From: Cupriavidus necator
Lineage (GTDB): Bacteria; Pseudomonadota; Gammaproteobacteria; Burkholderiales; Burkholderiaceae
Reading direction: 5' to 3'
Length of the DNA stretch: 32,000 nucleotides
Assembly (NCBI RefSeq): GCF_016127575.1
Contig: NZ_CP066018.1
Span: forward strand, 3,840,001-3,872,000
Numbering within the stretch: the stretch's first letter is position 1; every line of letters starts with the position of its first letter. This document shows positions 23,584-32,000 of this stretch, in pieces. A program made the position numbers and the translations under genes. The notes beneath the pieces are model-generated. The model had not been told where the DNA came from and searched no databases. It saw only the letters and a program-made list of their open reading frames with translations.

Positions 23584-24579
23584 CTATTTGCCGCGCTGGT
23601 ACTTGTCGACCGCGCGGTTGTGTTCGGGAAGCGAGTTGGAGAAATGGCTGCTGCCGTCGCCGCGGGCGACGAAGTACAGTGCGTCGGATGGCGCCGGCGT
23701 GGTGGCCGCCGCCAGCGAGGCCAGCCCCGGCAGCGCAATCGGCGTGGGCGGCAGGCCGGTACGGGTGTAGGTATTGTACGGGTTGTCGGCCTGCAGGTCG
23801 CGTTTGCGCAGGTCGCCGTCGAAGCCATCGCCCAGGCCGTAGATCACGGTCGGGTCGGTCTGCAGCATCATGTTCTTGCGCAGCCGGTTGATGAACACGG
23901 CGGCGATCATCGGGCGTTCGGCGGCCTGGCCGGTTTCTTTCTCGACGATCGATGCCATCACCAGGGCCTCGTACGGGGTCTTGTACGGCAGGTCGGGCGA
24001 GCGTGCGTTCCAGGCCTCGTTCAGGCGCCGCTGCATGGCACGGTAGGCGTGCTTGTACAGGTCGATATCGCTGCTGCCGCGCGCGAACAGGTAGGTGTCC
24101 GGGAAGAACATGCCTTCGGGCGAGGTCTCGGCCGCGCCGATTGCCTTCATCAGCTCCGCATCGGACATGTCCCGGGTGTCGTGCCGCAGCGCCGGGCTGG
24201 CGTCCACGGCGGCGCGCATCTTGCGGAATTCCCAGCCCTCGATCACCGTGACCACATAGTGCGTGACCTCGCCGCGCGCCAGCTTGCCGATGATCGACAG
24301 CGGCGTGGCGCCGGTCGCGAATTCATAGCCGCCGGCCTTCAGGTCAGGCCCGTGGCCGGTCAGGCGCACCAGCAGCATGAACAGCCGCGGGTCCATGCCG
24401 ACGCCGCCGCGCTGGATCTGGCGGCCGACGCTGGCGACGCCGGAATTGGGCTTGATCACCACTTCCACGGGTGACTTGCTGAGGGGCAGCGGGTGATTGG
24501 CCCACCACGCGAACGCGCCCGCGGCCGCCAGCGCGAACACCAGGATGGCCAGGCCAAGACTAAGGAAAAATCGTTTCAT
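23584..24579 (-). CDS. mltG: Endolytic murein transglycosylase MltG (YceG)
   Basis: N-terminal TM anchor: [26 protein letters not shown]. The YceG-domain segment ASIVEKETG is present. The gene is upstream of tmk, as in E. coli and Pseudomonas. Confidence 0.9.
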   Translation of the reverse strand: MKRFFLSLGLAILVFALAAAGAFAWWANHPLPLSKSPVEVVIKPNSGVASVGRQIQRGGVGMDPRLFMLLVRLTGHGPDLKAGGYEFATGATPLSIIGKLARGEVTHYVVTVIEGWEFRKMRAAVDASPALRHDTRDMSDAELMKAIGAAETSPEGMFFPDTYLFARGSSDIDLYKHAYRAMQRRLNEAWNARSPDLPYKTPYEALVMASIVEKETGQAAERPMIAAVFINRLRKNMMLQTDPTVIYGLGDGFDGDLRKRDLQADNPYNTYTRTGLPPTPIALPGLASLAAATTPAPSDALYFVARGDGSSHFSNSLPEHNRAVDKYQRGK

Positions 24580-24803
24580 GTATCAGGGATAGGGGCGGCT
24601 GACCGGATCCGTCGGAGGGCTTGCGCGCCACCGCTTGCCGCCACGTGCTGCCGGCGCCGGCCGAAAATCTCATAGCCCCATATAATAACCGGCAGCCTCG
24701 CACCGACCATGCGCCGCGGCGCCGGCGCCGCTTGACGGCCCGCCCGGCACGGCGCACGACCGGCGCCTTCCCTCTCCCGAATTGCCTCAACGATTGCCAC
24801 GCA

Positions 24804-25820
24804 ATGCCAGTGATGAATGCCCAAGCCCAGGAACTCGCCGCAAACCTTGAAGCCTTGAGCGGCAGCGGCATCGTCTGCAGTCTGCCCGGGCTTGGCCTGG
24901 TCCGTGTGGCCGGCGACGATGCCGGCAGCTTCCTGCACACCCAGCTGACCAATGCGGTCGAAGACCTGAAGGCCGGCGCGGCCCGCCTGGCGGGCTATTG
25001 CTCGCCCAAGGGGCGCCTGCTCGCCACCTTCCTGATGTGGCGCGATGTCGAAGGCATCGTGCTGCAGCTGTCGGCCGACATCCAGGCCCCGGTGCAGAAG
25101 CGCCTGTCGATGTTCGTGCTGCGCGCCAAGGCCAAATTGTCCGACATCACCCCCACCCATGCGATCCTCGGCCTCGCCGGGGCCGGCGCTGCCAAGGCCC
25201 TGGCCGCTGCGGGCCTGCCCGTGCCGGAGGTCGCCTTTGCCGTGGCCGAAGCCGACGGCATCACCGTGATCCGCCTGCCGGATGGCGCCGGCCAGCCGCG
25301 CTGGCAGCTGGTGCTGCCGGCCGAGCGCGCCGAGGCGGTGCGCGCGGCACTTGCCGCCTCGCTGCAGGATGCGACGCCCGCGCTGTGGGACTGGCTGGAA
25401 GTGCAGTCGGGCCTGCCGCGCATCGTCGCGGCCACGCAAGAGCAGTTCGTGCCGCAGATGATCAATTTCGAACTGGTGGGCGGGGTCAATTTCCGCAAGG
25501 GCTGCTATCCCGGCCAGGAAATCGTGGCGCGCAGCCAGTACCGCGGCACGCTCAAGCGCCGCATGTGGCTGGTGCAGGGTGAAGGCGAAGTGCCGGCGCC
25601 CGCGGCTGAAATCTACCGTCCGGAAGATCCGGGCCAGCCGTGCGGCATGATCGTCAACGCCGCACCGGCGCCCCAGGGCGGCTGGGCCGGGCTGGCCGAG
25701 CTGAAGATCGATGCCGCCGCCAGTGCGCTGCGCCTGGGCAGCGCCGAGGGCGCGGCAGTGGCTACGGCCACCCTGCCCTACGAGGTGCCGCTGGGCGAGG
25801 CCGCCCAGGCCGCTGGCTGA
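24804..25820 (+). CDS. ygfZ: Folate-binding Fe-S cluster repair / tRNA-modification protein YgfZ
   Basis: GcvT-like fold with the signature FRKGCYPGQEIVAR. The start is either 24804 or 24813 (MPVMNAQ), with no clear SD. The extension to track start 24621 is Arg-rich and unlikely to be coding. Confidence 0.8.
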   Translation: MPVMNAQAQELAANLEALSGSGIVCSLPGLGLVRVAGDDAGSFLHTQLTNAVEDLKAGAARLAGYCSPKGRLLATFLMWRDVEGIVLQLSADIQAPVQKRLSMFVLRAKAKLSDITPTHAILGLAGAGAAKALAAAGLPVPEVAFAVAEADGITVIRLPDGAGQPRWQLVLPAERAEAVRAALAASLQDATPALWDWLEVQSGLPRIVAATQEQFVPQMINFELVGGVNFRKGCYPGQEIVARSQYRGTLKRRMWLVQGEGEVPAPAAEIYRPEDPGQPCGMIVNAAPAPQGGWAGLAELKIDAAASALRLGSAEGAAVATATLPYEVPLGEAAQAAG

Positions 25821-25837
25821 AACCCACAGGACCTGCC

Positions 25838-26128
25838 ATGAGCGATCACCTCTACGTCTATTTCCGCGTCCCGGAAGCCGTTGCCGCCGAGGCGCTGCCG
25901 CACTGGCACCGCTGGATGGAGACTGTCGCCGAAGCAACCGGAATTGGTGGTACGCTGATGCGCAGGCCGGAAACCCGCGCCGGCGTGCAGACCTGGATGG
26001 AGTGCTATCCCGACGTGCCGCCCGCGTTCGATGCCACGCTGGAAGGCCTGTGGCGGCAGAGCGGGCTGGACCAATGGGTCGATGGCGAGCGGCGGGCCGA
26101 GCACTTTGTCGACCTGGACGTGCTGTAG
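25838..26128 (+). CDS. DUF4936-like small protein
   Basis: MSDHLYVYFRVPEAVAAE...TWMECY, 96 aa, with AGGA 6 nt upstream. It starts 17 nt after the ygfZ stop. Confidence 0.6.
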   Translation: MSDHLYVYFRVPEAVAAEALPHWHRWMETVAEATGIGGTLMRRPETRAGVQTWMECYPDVPPAFDATLEGLWRQSGLDQWVDGERRAEHFVDLDVL

Positions 26129-26202
26129 GCGTCCAGGATGCCGTTGGACTGAAGTACGCCGGGTGCCACTGCAGCCACCCCGGCGGCAAAGGAAGCAAAG
26201 CG

Positions 26203-27030
26203 ATGTGTCTGATCCTGGTTGCCTGGCAATCCCACCCCGACTATGCCCTGGTCGTCGCCGGCAACCGCGATGAATTCTATGTCCGCCCCGCGGCGGCCGC
26301 GCACTGGTGGCAGGATGCACCGCAGGTGCTGGCCGGGCGCGACCTGGCGGAAGTCATCGGCGAGCCCGGCACCTGGATGGGCGTCAACGCCGACGGCCGC
26401 TTCGCGGCACTGACCAACTACCGCGCCCCGTCCGAAAAACGCACCGACGCGCGCTCGCGCGGCGAGCTGGTGGCCGGTTTCCTGCGCGGACGCGAGGCGC
26501 CGTTCGACTACCTGGACGGCCTCGCCGGCGAAGACGGCCGCTACAACGGCTTCAACCTGCTGGCGAGCGACCTGCGTGAACTCTGGTGGTACAGCAACCG
26601 CGCCGCCTCGCGCCAGCCGCAACGGCTGCGCCCGGGGCTGTACGGCCTGTCCAACGCCCTGCTCGACACGCCCTGGCCCAAGGTGCGCAGCCGCGTGGGC
26701 GCGCTGGCCGAAGTGCTGGCCGCCGACAGCGGCCAGGCCAACGCCAGCGCCGAGCCCTACCTGCAAATGCTCGCCGACGAGCGCCAGGCGGCGGATTTCG
26801 AACTGCCTGCCACGGGCGTGGCACCGGAATGGGAAAAGCTGCTGTCGTCGGCCTTCATCCGCTCGCCGCTGTACGGCACGCGCGCCAGCACGGTGCTGCG
26901 CGTGCGCCACGATGGCCGTTTCGACCTGAGCGAGCGCAGCTTCGACGCCGACGGCCGCATCGGCGACGTCAACTTCCACGGCAAGCTGAACCTGCAACGC
27001 GACACCGGCATCGTGCCAGCGCCGCGCTGA
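26203..27030 (+). CDS. NRDE-family protein (DUF833/TANGO2-like, putative Ntn-hydrolase fold)
   Basis: The start MCLILVAW puts Cys at position 2, with AAGGAAG upstream. The signature VVAGNRDEFY is present. 275 aa. Confidence 0.75.
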   Translation: MCLILVAWQSHPDYALVVAGNRDEFYVRPAAAAHWWQDAPQVLAGRDLAEVIGEPGTWMGVNADGRFAALTNYRAPSEKRTDARSRGELVAGFLRGREAPFDYLDGLAGEDGRYNGFNLLASDLRELWWYSNRAASRQPQRLRPGLYGLSNALLDTPWPKVRSRVGALAEVLAADSGQANASAEPYLQMLADERQAADFELPATGVAPEWEKLLSSAFIRSPLYGTRASTVLRVRHDGRFDLSERSFDADGRIGDVNFHGKLNLQRDTGIVPAPR

Positions 27031-27058
27031 GGCCCGCTGGAACCGAGGATTCCGGCGC

Positions 27059-27487
27059 TCAGCCGGCCAGCCGCTTGCGCATCTCCACGTGCGGGATGCC
27101 CGCCTCTTCGAATTCCGGCCCCACCTGCGCAAAGCCCACGCGCGCATAGAATGGCGCCGCGTGCGTCTGCGCATTGAGCACCAGTTCCGGGTAGCCAAGC
27201 GCTTCAGCCTTGCGCATCAGCGCGTCCAGCACCATTGCACCGACACCGGTGCCACGCACGGACTGCAGCACCGCCATGCGCCCGATATGGCCATCCGGCA
27301 GCAGCCGTCCGGTGGCCACCGGCGTGCCATCCTCGGCCAGCGCCAGCGCGTGCCAGCTCGGCTCGTCCCACTCATCCCATTCCAGTTCCACCGGCACGCA
27401 TTGCTCTTCGACGAAGACGGTGTAACGGATGGCGCGCGCGCGTTCGCGCGCTTCGGACCAGGGGCAGATCAGGACAGTGATGGACAT
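27059..27487 (-). CDS. GNAT-family N-acetyltransferase (ElaA/YjcF-like)
   Basis: IRYTVFVEEQCVPVELEWDEWD...GRMAVLQSVRGTGVGAMVLDALM...FYARVGF, 142 aa. Confidence 0.8.
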   Translation of the reverse strand: MSITVLICPWSEARERARAIRYTVFVEEQCVPVELEWDEWDEPSWHALALAEDGTPVATGRLLPDGHIGRMAVLQSVRGTGVGAMVLDALMRKAEALGYPELVLNAQTHAAPFYARVGFAQVGPEFEEAGIPHVEMRKRLAG

Positions 27488-27708
27488 GGCGTGTGGAATC
27501 AGGCGCTTGGAGAACGATTGCGTCGGGCAGGGGATGCGGACGGGCGCCCATGATACGCCAGTGTCGCAGTGACCGTCGATGCACCAAAGCGGATCACTCG
27601 CCGCATCTCCGCTCTTGAAGTTGCACCATATCAGGGTTTGCCCGGGGTCGGCAGCGTCCTAGCAAATTTGTATGATGACCTGATTACCGAATAACCCGGG
27701 AAGCTGCC

Positions 27709-28443
27709 GTGTTCCAGAAAGTCCCTGCCCGCGCCCTCACCGACAATGTCGCCGAACAACTGCTGGACAAGATCCAGAGCGGCGCCTTTGCCCGCGGCGA
27801 CAAGCTGCCGACCGAGGCGGTGCTGTCCGGGGAATTCGGCGTCAGCCGCACCGTGGTGCGCGAAGCCATCTCCCGGCTCAAGTACGAAGGCGTGGTGGAG
27901 TCGCGCCAGGGCAGCGGCGTGTTCGTGACGCTACAGGCCGGCATCCGGCCGCTGCGCATCGACTACACCGAAACCGGCACGCTGGAATCGGTGCTGCAGA
28001 TCGTCGAACTGCGCCGCGCGATCGAGGCCGAGGTGGCCGCGCAGGCCGCCCGCCGCCGCACCGATGCGTCGATGGCGGCCATCGACGCCGCACTGGCCCG
28101 GCTCGACGAAGAGGTTGCGCAAGGCGGCGACGGCGTGGCCGAAGACGTGGCCTTCCACCGCGCCATCGCCGAGGCCACCGGCAACCCGTATTTCCTGAAG
28201 ACGCTGGCCTTCCTCAGCCAGTACCTGGAAGCGGCCACGCGCGTGACCCGCACCAACGAGGCGCGCCGCGCGGACTTTTCGCGCCAGGTGCGTGAAGAAC
28301 ACCAGGCCATCGTCGCCGCCATCCGCGCCGGCGACCCGCTGGCCGCGCGCAATGCCGCGCAGAACCATATGTACAACGCCGCGCACCGTCTCGCCCAGCT
28401 GGGTGCGGACGAGAGCGGCGAAGCGCACGGCGCCGCCAACTGA
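27709..28443 (+). CDS. GntR/FadR-family regulator (FCD domain)
   Basis: GTG start. The HTH is LPTEAVLSGEFGVSRTVVREAISRLKYEGVVESRQGSGVFV. The helical C-terminal FCD-type domain shows FHRAIAEATGNPYF and EHQAIVAAIRAGD. Confidence 0.9.
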   Translation: MFQKVPARALTDNVAEQLLDKIQSGAFARGDKLPTEAVLSGEFGVSRTVVREAISRLKYEGVVESRQGSGVFVTLQAGIRPLRIDYTETGTLESVLQIVELRRAIEAEVAAQAARRRTDASMAAIDAALARLDEEVAQGGDGVAEDVAFHRAIAEATGNPYFLKTLAFLSQYLEAATRVTRTNEARRADFSRQVREEHQAIVAAIRAGDPLAARNAAQNHMYNAAHRLAQLGADESGEAHGAAN

Positions 28444-28498
28444 CGCGCGCGCAAGCCCGAACCATCGAATTATCCGTATCTGTTTCAGGAGTCCCTTC

Positions 28499-29392
28499 AT
28501 GTCCAGGAATATCGGCGTCATCGGCCTTGGTGCCATGGGCTTTGGTGTCGCGCAGTCGCTGCTGCGTGCCGGCTTCAACGTGCACGCGTGCGACCTGCGC
28601 CCCGAAGTGCTGCAGCGCTTTGCCGATGCCGGCGGCGTGCCGTGCGCCTCGCCCGCCGAGCTGGGCAGCCGTTGCGACGTGGTGCTGACGCTGGTGGTCA
28701 ACGCGCAGCAGACCGAGGCCGTGCTGTTCGGCGCCAACGGTGCCGCGGCCGCGATGCAGCCGGGCAAGCTGGTGATCGCCAGCGCCACCGTGCCGCCGGG
28801 CTTTGCCGAGGCGCTAGGCCGCCGGCTGGCGGAACAGGGCCTGCTGATGCTGGACGCACCGGTCTCCGGCGGCGCCGCGCGCGCCGCCAGCGGCGAAATG
28901 ACCATGATGACTTCCGGCCCGGCCGAAGCCTACTCGCTGGCCGAGGACGTGCTGGCCGCCATCGCCGGCAAGGTGTATCGCCTGGGTGCCGCGCATGGCG
29001 CGGGCTCCAAGGTCAAGATCATCAACCAGCTGCTGGCCGGCGTGCATATCGCCGCGGCCGCCGAAGCGATGGCGCTGGGCCTGCGCGAAGGCGTGGACCC
29101 CGATGCGCTCTATGACGTGATCACGCACAGCGCGGGCAACTCGTGGATGTTCGAGAACCGCGTGCCCCATATCCTGAAGGGCGACTACACGCCGCTGTCG
29201 GCGGTCGACATCTTCGTCAAGGACCTGGGCATGGTGCTCGACACCGCGCGCCACAGCAAATTCCCGCTGCCGCTGTCGGCCGCCGCGCACCAGATGTTCA
29301 TGATGGCGTCGACCGCCGGCCATGGCGGCGAGGACGACTCGGCCGTGATCAAGATCTTCCCGGGCATCGAACTGCCGGGCAAGGCTGAATAA
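28499..29392 (+). CDS. ltnD: Beta-hydroxyacid dehydrogenase of the L-threonate/D-erythronate 2-dehydrogenase (LtnD/DenD) type
   Basis: I prefer the ATG at 28499 (MSRNIGVIGLGAMGFGVAQSL, an NAD Rossmann fold), preceded by AGGAG at 7 nt. GSKVKIINQLL is the HIBADH-family catalytic Lys context. The call relies on operon context with otnK and otnC. The choice of L-threonate over D-erythronate cannot be made from sequence by eye. Confidence 0.7.
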   Translation: MSRNIGVIGLGAMGFGVAQSLLRAGFNVHACDLRPEVLQRFADAGGVPCASPAELGSRCDVVLTLVVNAQQTEAVLFGANGAAAAMQPGKLVIASATVPPGFAEALGRRLAEQGLLMLDAPVSGGAARAASGEMTMMTSGPAEAYSLAEDVLAAIAGKVYRLGAAHGAGSKVKIINQLLAGVHIAAAAEAMALGLREGVDPDALYDVITHSAGNSWMFENRVPHILKGDYTPLSAVDIFVKDLGMVLDTARHSKFPLPLSAAAHQMFMMASTAGHGGEDDSAVIKIFPGIELPGKAE

Positions 29393-29405
29393 GGGAGAAG
29401 CGAAG

Positions 29406-30704
29406 ATGACCGCAGGCACCCTCGCCCATCGCCCGCTGTTGGGCTGCATCGCCGACGATTTCACCGGCGCCACCGACCTCGCCAACACGCTGGTGCGCAA
29501 TGGCATGCGCACCGTGCAGACCATCGGCCTGCCCGACGTGGGCGCCGTGCAGGACATTGGCGAAGCCGATGCGCTGGTGGTGGCGCTCAAGTCCCGCACC
29601 ATCCCGGCCGTCGAGGCCGTGGCCCAGTCGCTGGCCGCGCTGCAATGGCTGCGCGCGCAGGGCTGCCGCCAGTTCGTATTCAAGTACTGCTCCACCTTCG
29701 ACTCGACCGATGCCGGCAATATCGGCCCGGTGGCCGAGGCGCTGCTGGCGGCACTGGACAGCGACTTCACCATCGCCTGCCCGGCCTTCCCCGAAAACGG
29801 CCGCACCATCTTTCGCGGCCACCTGTTCGTGGGCGATGCGCTGCTCAATGAATCGGGCATGGAGCACCATCCGCTGACGCCGATGACCGATGCCAGCCTG
29901 GTGCGCGTACTGCAGCGCCAGAGCAAGAACAAGGTCGGGCTGCTGCGCTACGACGCGGTTGCGCGCGGCGCGCATGCCACCGCCGAGCGCATCGCTGCGC
30001 TGCGCAGCGACGGCGTGCGCATGGCGATTGCCGATGCGGTGTCCGACGCGGACCTGTTCACGCTGGGCGAGGCCTGCGCCAACCTGCCGCTGATCACCGG
30101 CGGCTCCGGCATCGCGCTGGGACTGCCCGAGAATTTCCGCCGCGCCGGCCTGCTACCGCAGCGCGGTGACGCGGCCTCGGTGCCGGCCATCGACGGCCCG
30201 GGCGTGGTGCTGGCCGGCAGCGCCTCGCGCGCGACCAATGGCCAGGTAGCACGCTGGCTGGAGCAAGGCCGCCCGGCGCTGCGCATCGACCCGCTCGCGC
30301 TGGCACGCGGCGAAGCCGTTGCCGACGCGGCGCTGGCCTTTGCCGCCGGTCATGGCGAACCGGTGCTGATCTACGCCACCTCCAGCCCCGACGAAGTCAA
30401 GGCCGTGCAGGCCGAACTGGGCGTCGAGCGCGCCGGACACCTGGTCGAACAGTGCCTGGCCACGGTTGCCGCCGGGCTGCTGGCACGCGGCACGCGCCGC
30501 TTCGTCGTGGCCGGCGGCGAAACCTCCGGCGCGGTGGTGCAGGCGCTGGGCGTGCGCGCCTTGCGTATCGGCGCGCAGATTGCACCGGGCGTGCCGGCCA
30601 CCGTCACGCTGGATGCCAAGCCGCTGGCACTGGCGCTCAAGTCGGGCAACTTCGGCGGCCCGGATTTCTTTGACGAAGCGCTGCGCCAGCTTGGAGGTCA
30701 CTGA
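29406..30704 (+). CDS. otnK: DUF1537 four-carbon acid-sugar kinase (3-oxo-tetronate kinase type)
   Basis: The N-terminal GCIADDFTGATDLANTL is typical of DUF1537 kinases. 432 aa. It lies between the dehydrogenase and the class II aldolase-like decarboxylase. Confidence 0.8.
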   Translation: MTAGTLAHRPLLGCIADDFTGATDLANTLVRNGMRTVQTIGLPDVGAVQDIGEADALVVALKSRTIPAVEAVAQSLAALQWLRAQGCRQFVFKYCSTFDSTDAGNIGPVAEALLAALDSDFTIACPAFPENGRTIFRGHLFVGDALLNESGMEHHPLTPMTDASLVRVLQRQSKNKVGLLRYDAVARGAHATAERIAALRSDGVRMAIADAVSDADLFTLGEACANLPLITGGSGIALGLPENFRRAGLLPQRGDAASVPAIDGPGVVLAGSASRATNGQVARWLEQGRPALRIDPLALARGEAVADAALAFAAGHGEPVLIYATSSPDEVKAVQAELGVERAGHLVEQCLATVAAGLLARGTRRFVVAGGETSGAVVQALGVRALRIGAQIAPGVPATVTLDAKPLALALKSGNFGGPDFFDEALRQLGGH

Positions 30705-31357
30705 TGAGCACCGAAAGCAAGCTGCGCGAAGAGATCTGCCGCATCGGCGCCAGCCTGTACCAGCGCGGCTATACCGTGGGCTCGGCCGGCAATATCAGCG
30801 CGCGGCTGGACGACGGCTGGCTGATCACGCCGACCGATGCCTGCCTGGGGATGATGGACCCGGCCGCGGTCGCCAAGGTGGCCACCGATGGCAGCTGGGT
30901 CTCCGGCGACAAGCCGTCCAAGACGCTGATGCTGCATCGCGCGATCTACGACAACAACCGCGAGGCGCACGCCGTGGTGCATACGCACTCGACGCACCTC
31001 GTGGCCCTGACGCTGGCCGGTGTCTGGCAACCGGACGACGTACTGCCGCCGCTCACGCCCTACTACGTGATGAAGGTCGGCCATATCCCGCTGATTCCCT
31101 ACCATCGCCCCGGCGATCCGGCCGTGGCCGCGCGCGTGGCCACGCTGGCCGCGCAGGTGCGTGGCGTGCTGCTGGAGCGCCTTGGTCCGGTAGTGTGGGA
31201 ATCCAGCGTCTCGCGCGCCGCGTTCGCGCTGGAAGAACTGGAGGAAACCGCCAAGCTATGGATGACGATGAAAGACACGCCGGGCTTCGCCGCCCGCGCT
31301 GCGCTGCCCGACGGCGCACTGACTGAGCTGCGCGACGCCTTCCAGGCGCGCTGGTAA
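30704..31357 (+). CDS. otnC: Class II aldolase/adducin-family protein (3-oxo-tetronate 4-phosphate decarboxylase type)
   Basis: GYTVGSAGNISARL...ITPTDACLG...AVVHTHSTH metal-binding His pattern. The start shares one nucleotide with the otnK stop (TGATG). Confidence 0.75.
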   Translation: MSTESKLREEICRIGASLYQRGYTVGSAGNISARLDDGWLITPTDACLGMMDPAAVAKVATDGSWVSGDKPSKTLMLHRAIYDNNREAHAVVHTHSTHLVALTLAGVWQPDDVLPPLTPYYVMKVGHIPLIPYHRPGDPAVAARVATLAAQVRGVLLERLGPVVWESSVSRAAFALEELEETAKLWMTMKDTPGFAARAALPDGALTELRDAFQARW

Positions 31358-31486
31358 CAACCGCTTTTCCCCGATAAACGACGGCTTCACCCGGCGCGGT
31401 TGCCTTGCGGCCACCGTGCGGGGGACGCGCATGCCTGCAGTCCGCGCGCCGCCGCATTAGACCCACCACCATACCCGGAGACCACC

Positions 31487-32000
31487 GTGAATCCAAACCA
31501 ACCGGCGGCAAGCGTGCCCGCCCTTGACAGCCTGGGCGGCAACGCCCGGCTGGACACCGAAGCCCAGATCGAAAAACGCGCCTACAGCAAGGTGTTCTGG
31601 CGCGTCATGCCGTTCCTGATGCTGTGCTACGTGGTCGCCTACCTGGACCGCGTCAATGTCGGCTTCGCCAAGCTGCAGATGGGCCAGGACCTGGCCTTCT
31701 CCGAAACCGTGTTCGGCCTCGGCGCCGGCCTGTTCTTTATCGGCTACTTCCTGTTCGAGGTGCCCAGCAACCTGCTGATGCATCGTATCGGCGCGCGCAT
31801 CTGGATCGCGCGCATCATGATCACGTGGGGCATCATCTCGGCGCTGTTCCTGTTCGTGAAGACGCCGACCCAGTTCTACGTGATGCGCTTCCTGCTCGGC
31901 CTCGCCGAAGCGGGTTTCTATCCCGGCGTGATCCTGTACCTGACCTACTGGTTCCCGGCCAACCGCCGCGGCAAGATGATCGCGCTGTTCATGTCGGGCA
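31487..32000 (+). CDS. MFS transporter, anion:cation symporter (ACS) type; N-terminal 171 codons, continues beyond the window
   Basis: Absent from the ORF track because it is open-ended. My translation from the GTG at 31487 (GGAG 6 nt upstream) reads VNPNQPAAS...VFWRVMPFLMLCYVVAYLDRVNVGFAKLQM...FLLGLAEAGFYPGVILYLTYWFPANRRGKMIALF. This is the classic ACS-family MFS signature. Confidence 0.8.
   Translation, partial: MNPNQPAASVPALDSLGGNARLDTEAQIEKRAYSKVFWRVMPFLMLCYVVAYLDRVNVGFAKLQMGQDLAFSETVFGLGAGLFFIGYFLFEVPSNLLMHRIGARIWIARIMITWGIISALFLFVKTPTQFYVMRFLLGLAEAGFYPGVILYLTYWFPANRRGKMIALFMSG

Noticed and set aside
24681-24686. Perfect TATAAT hexamer in the mltG/ygfZ divergent region, considered as the ygfZ -10 box
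   Set aside because: There is no acceptable -35 hexamer at 16-18 nt upstream (the sequence there is CGGCCG). A single hexamer is not sufficient evidence, so it is left uncalled.
1-32000. Search for mobile elements, prophage, integrase, toxin-antitoxin, restriction-modification, CRISPR-Cas or other defence modules, and for tRNA/rRNA genes
   Set aside because: No ORF shows transposase, integrase, nuclease-helicase, methyltransferase or Cas-like signatures. There are no cloverleaf-like or rRNA-like sequences in the few intergenic gaps. Apart from the 166-bp palindrome and short AT-rich junctions, the window looks like core chromosome.

Overview
This is a very GC-rich window (third codon positions are almost all G/C) of bacterial chromosome. 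Gene order and content look like Burkholderiales, of the Cupriavidus/Ralstonia type (inference). It is densely coding, and most long ORF-track entries are antisense shadow ORFs. I support about 36 real genes.

Left to right:
- A periplasmic flavoprotein / tri-haem cytochrome c module.
- A MocR regulator convergent with an orphan fused substrate-binding/permease ABC protein.
- A LysR, flavin monooxygenase-like, CMD and AhpD-like cluster of unknown function.
- A cupin.
- An atypical ftsK paralogue with an (EA)n microsatellite.
- A REC-EAL response regulator.
- A DUF4136 lipoprotein.
- doxX, a LysR regulator, azoR and a stand-alone egtB.
- The conserved housekeeping block mltG-tmk-holB-pilZ-(GNAT)-tatD/ycfH-ankyrin-DUF1232.
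- ygfZ-DUF4936-NRDE.
- A second GNAT.
- A GntR-regulated four-carbon acid-sugar (L-threonate/D-erythronate) operon, ltnD-otnK-otnC plus an MFS transporter.

I found no rRNA, tRNA, CRISPR, IS/transposase, integrase, prophage or recognisable defence genes.

The best candidates for something undescribed are:
1. A 166-bp near-perfect palindromic element that overlaps the doxX stop codon.
2. The LysR-FMO-CMD-AhpD-like cluster.
3. The orphan egtB embedded among redox-stress genes.

I cannot show from sequence alone that any of these is a novel system. Each needs the searches listed with it. ORF-track coordinates include the stop codon. Several starts were moved inward to Shine-Dalgarno-supported start codons.
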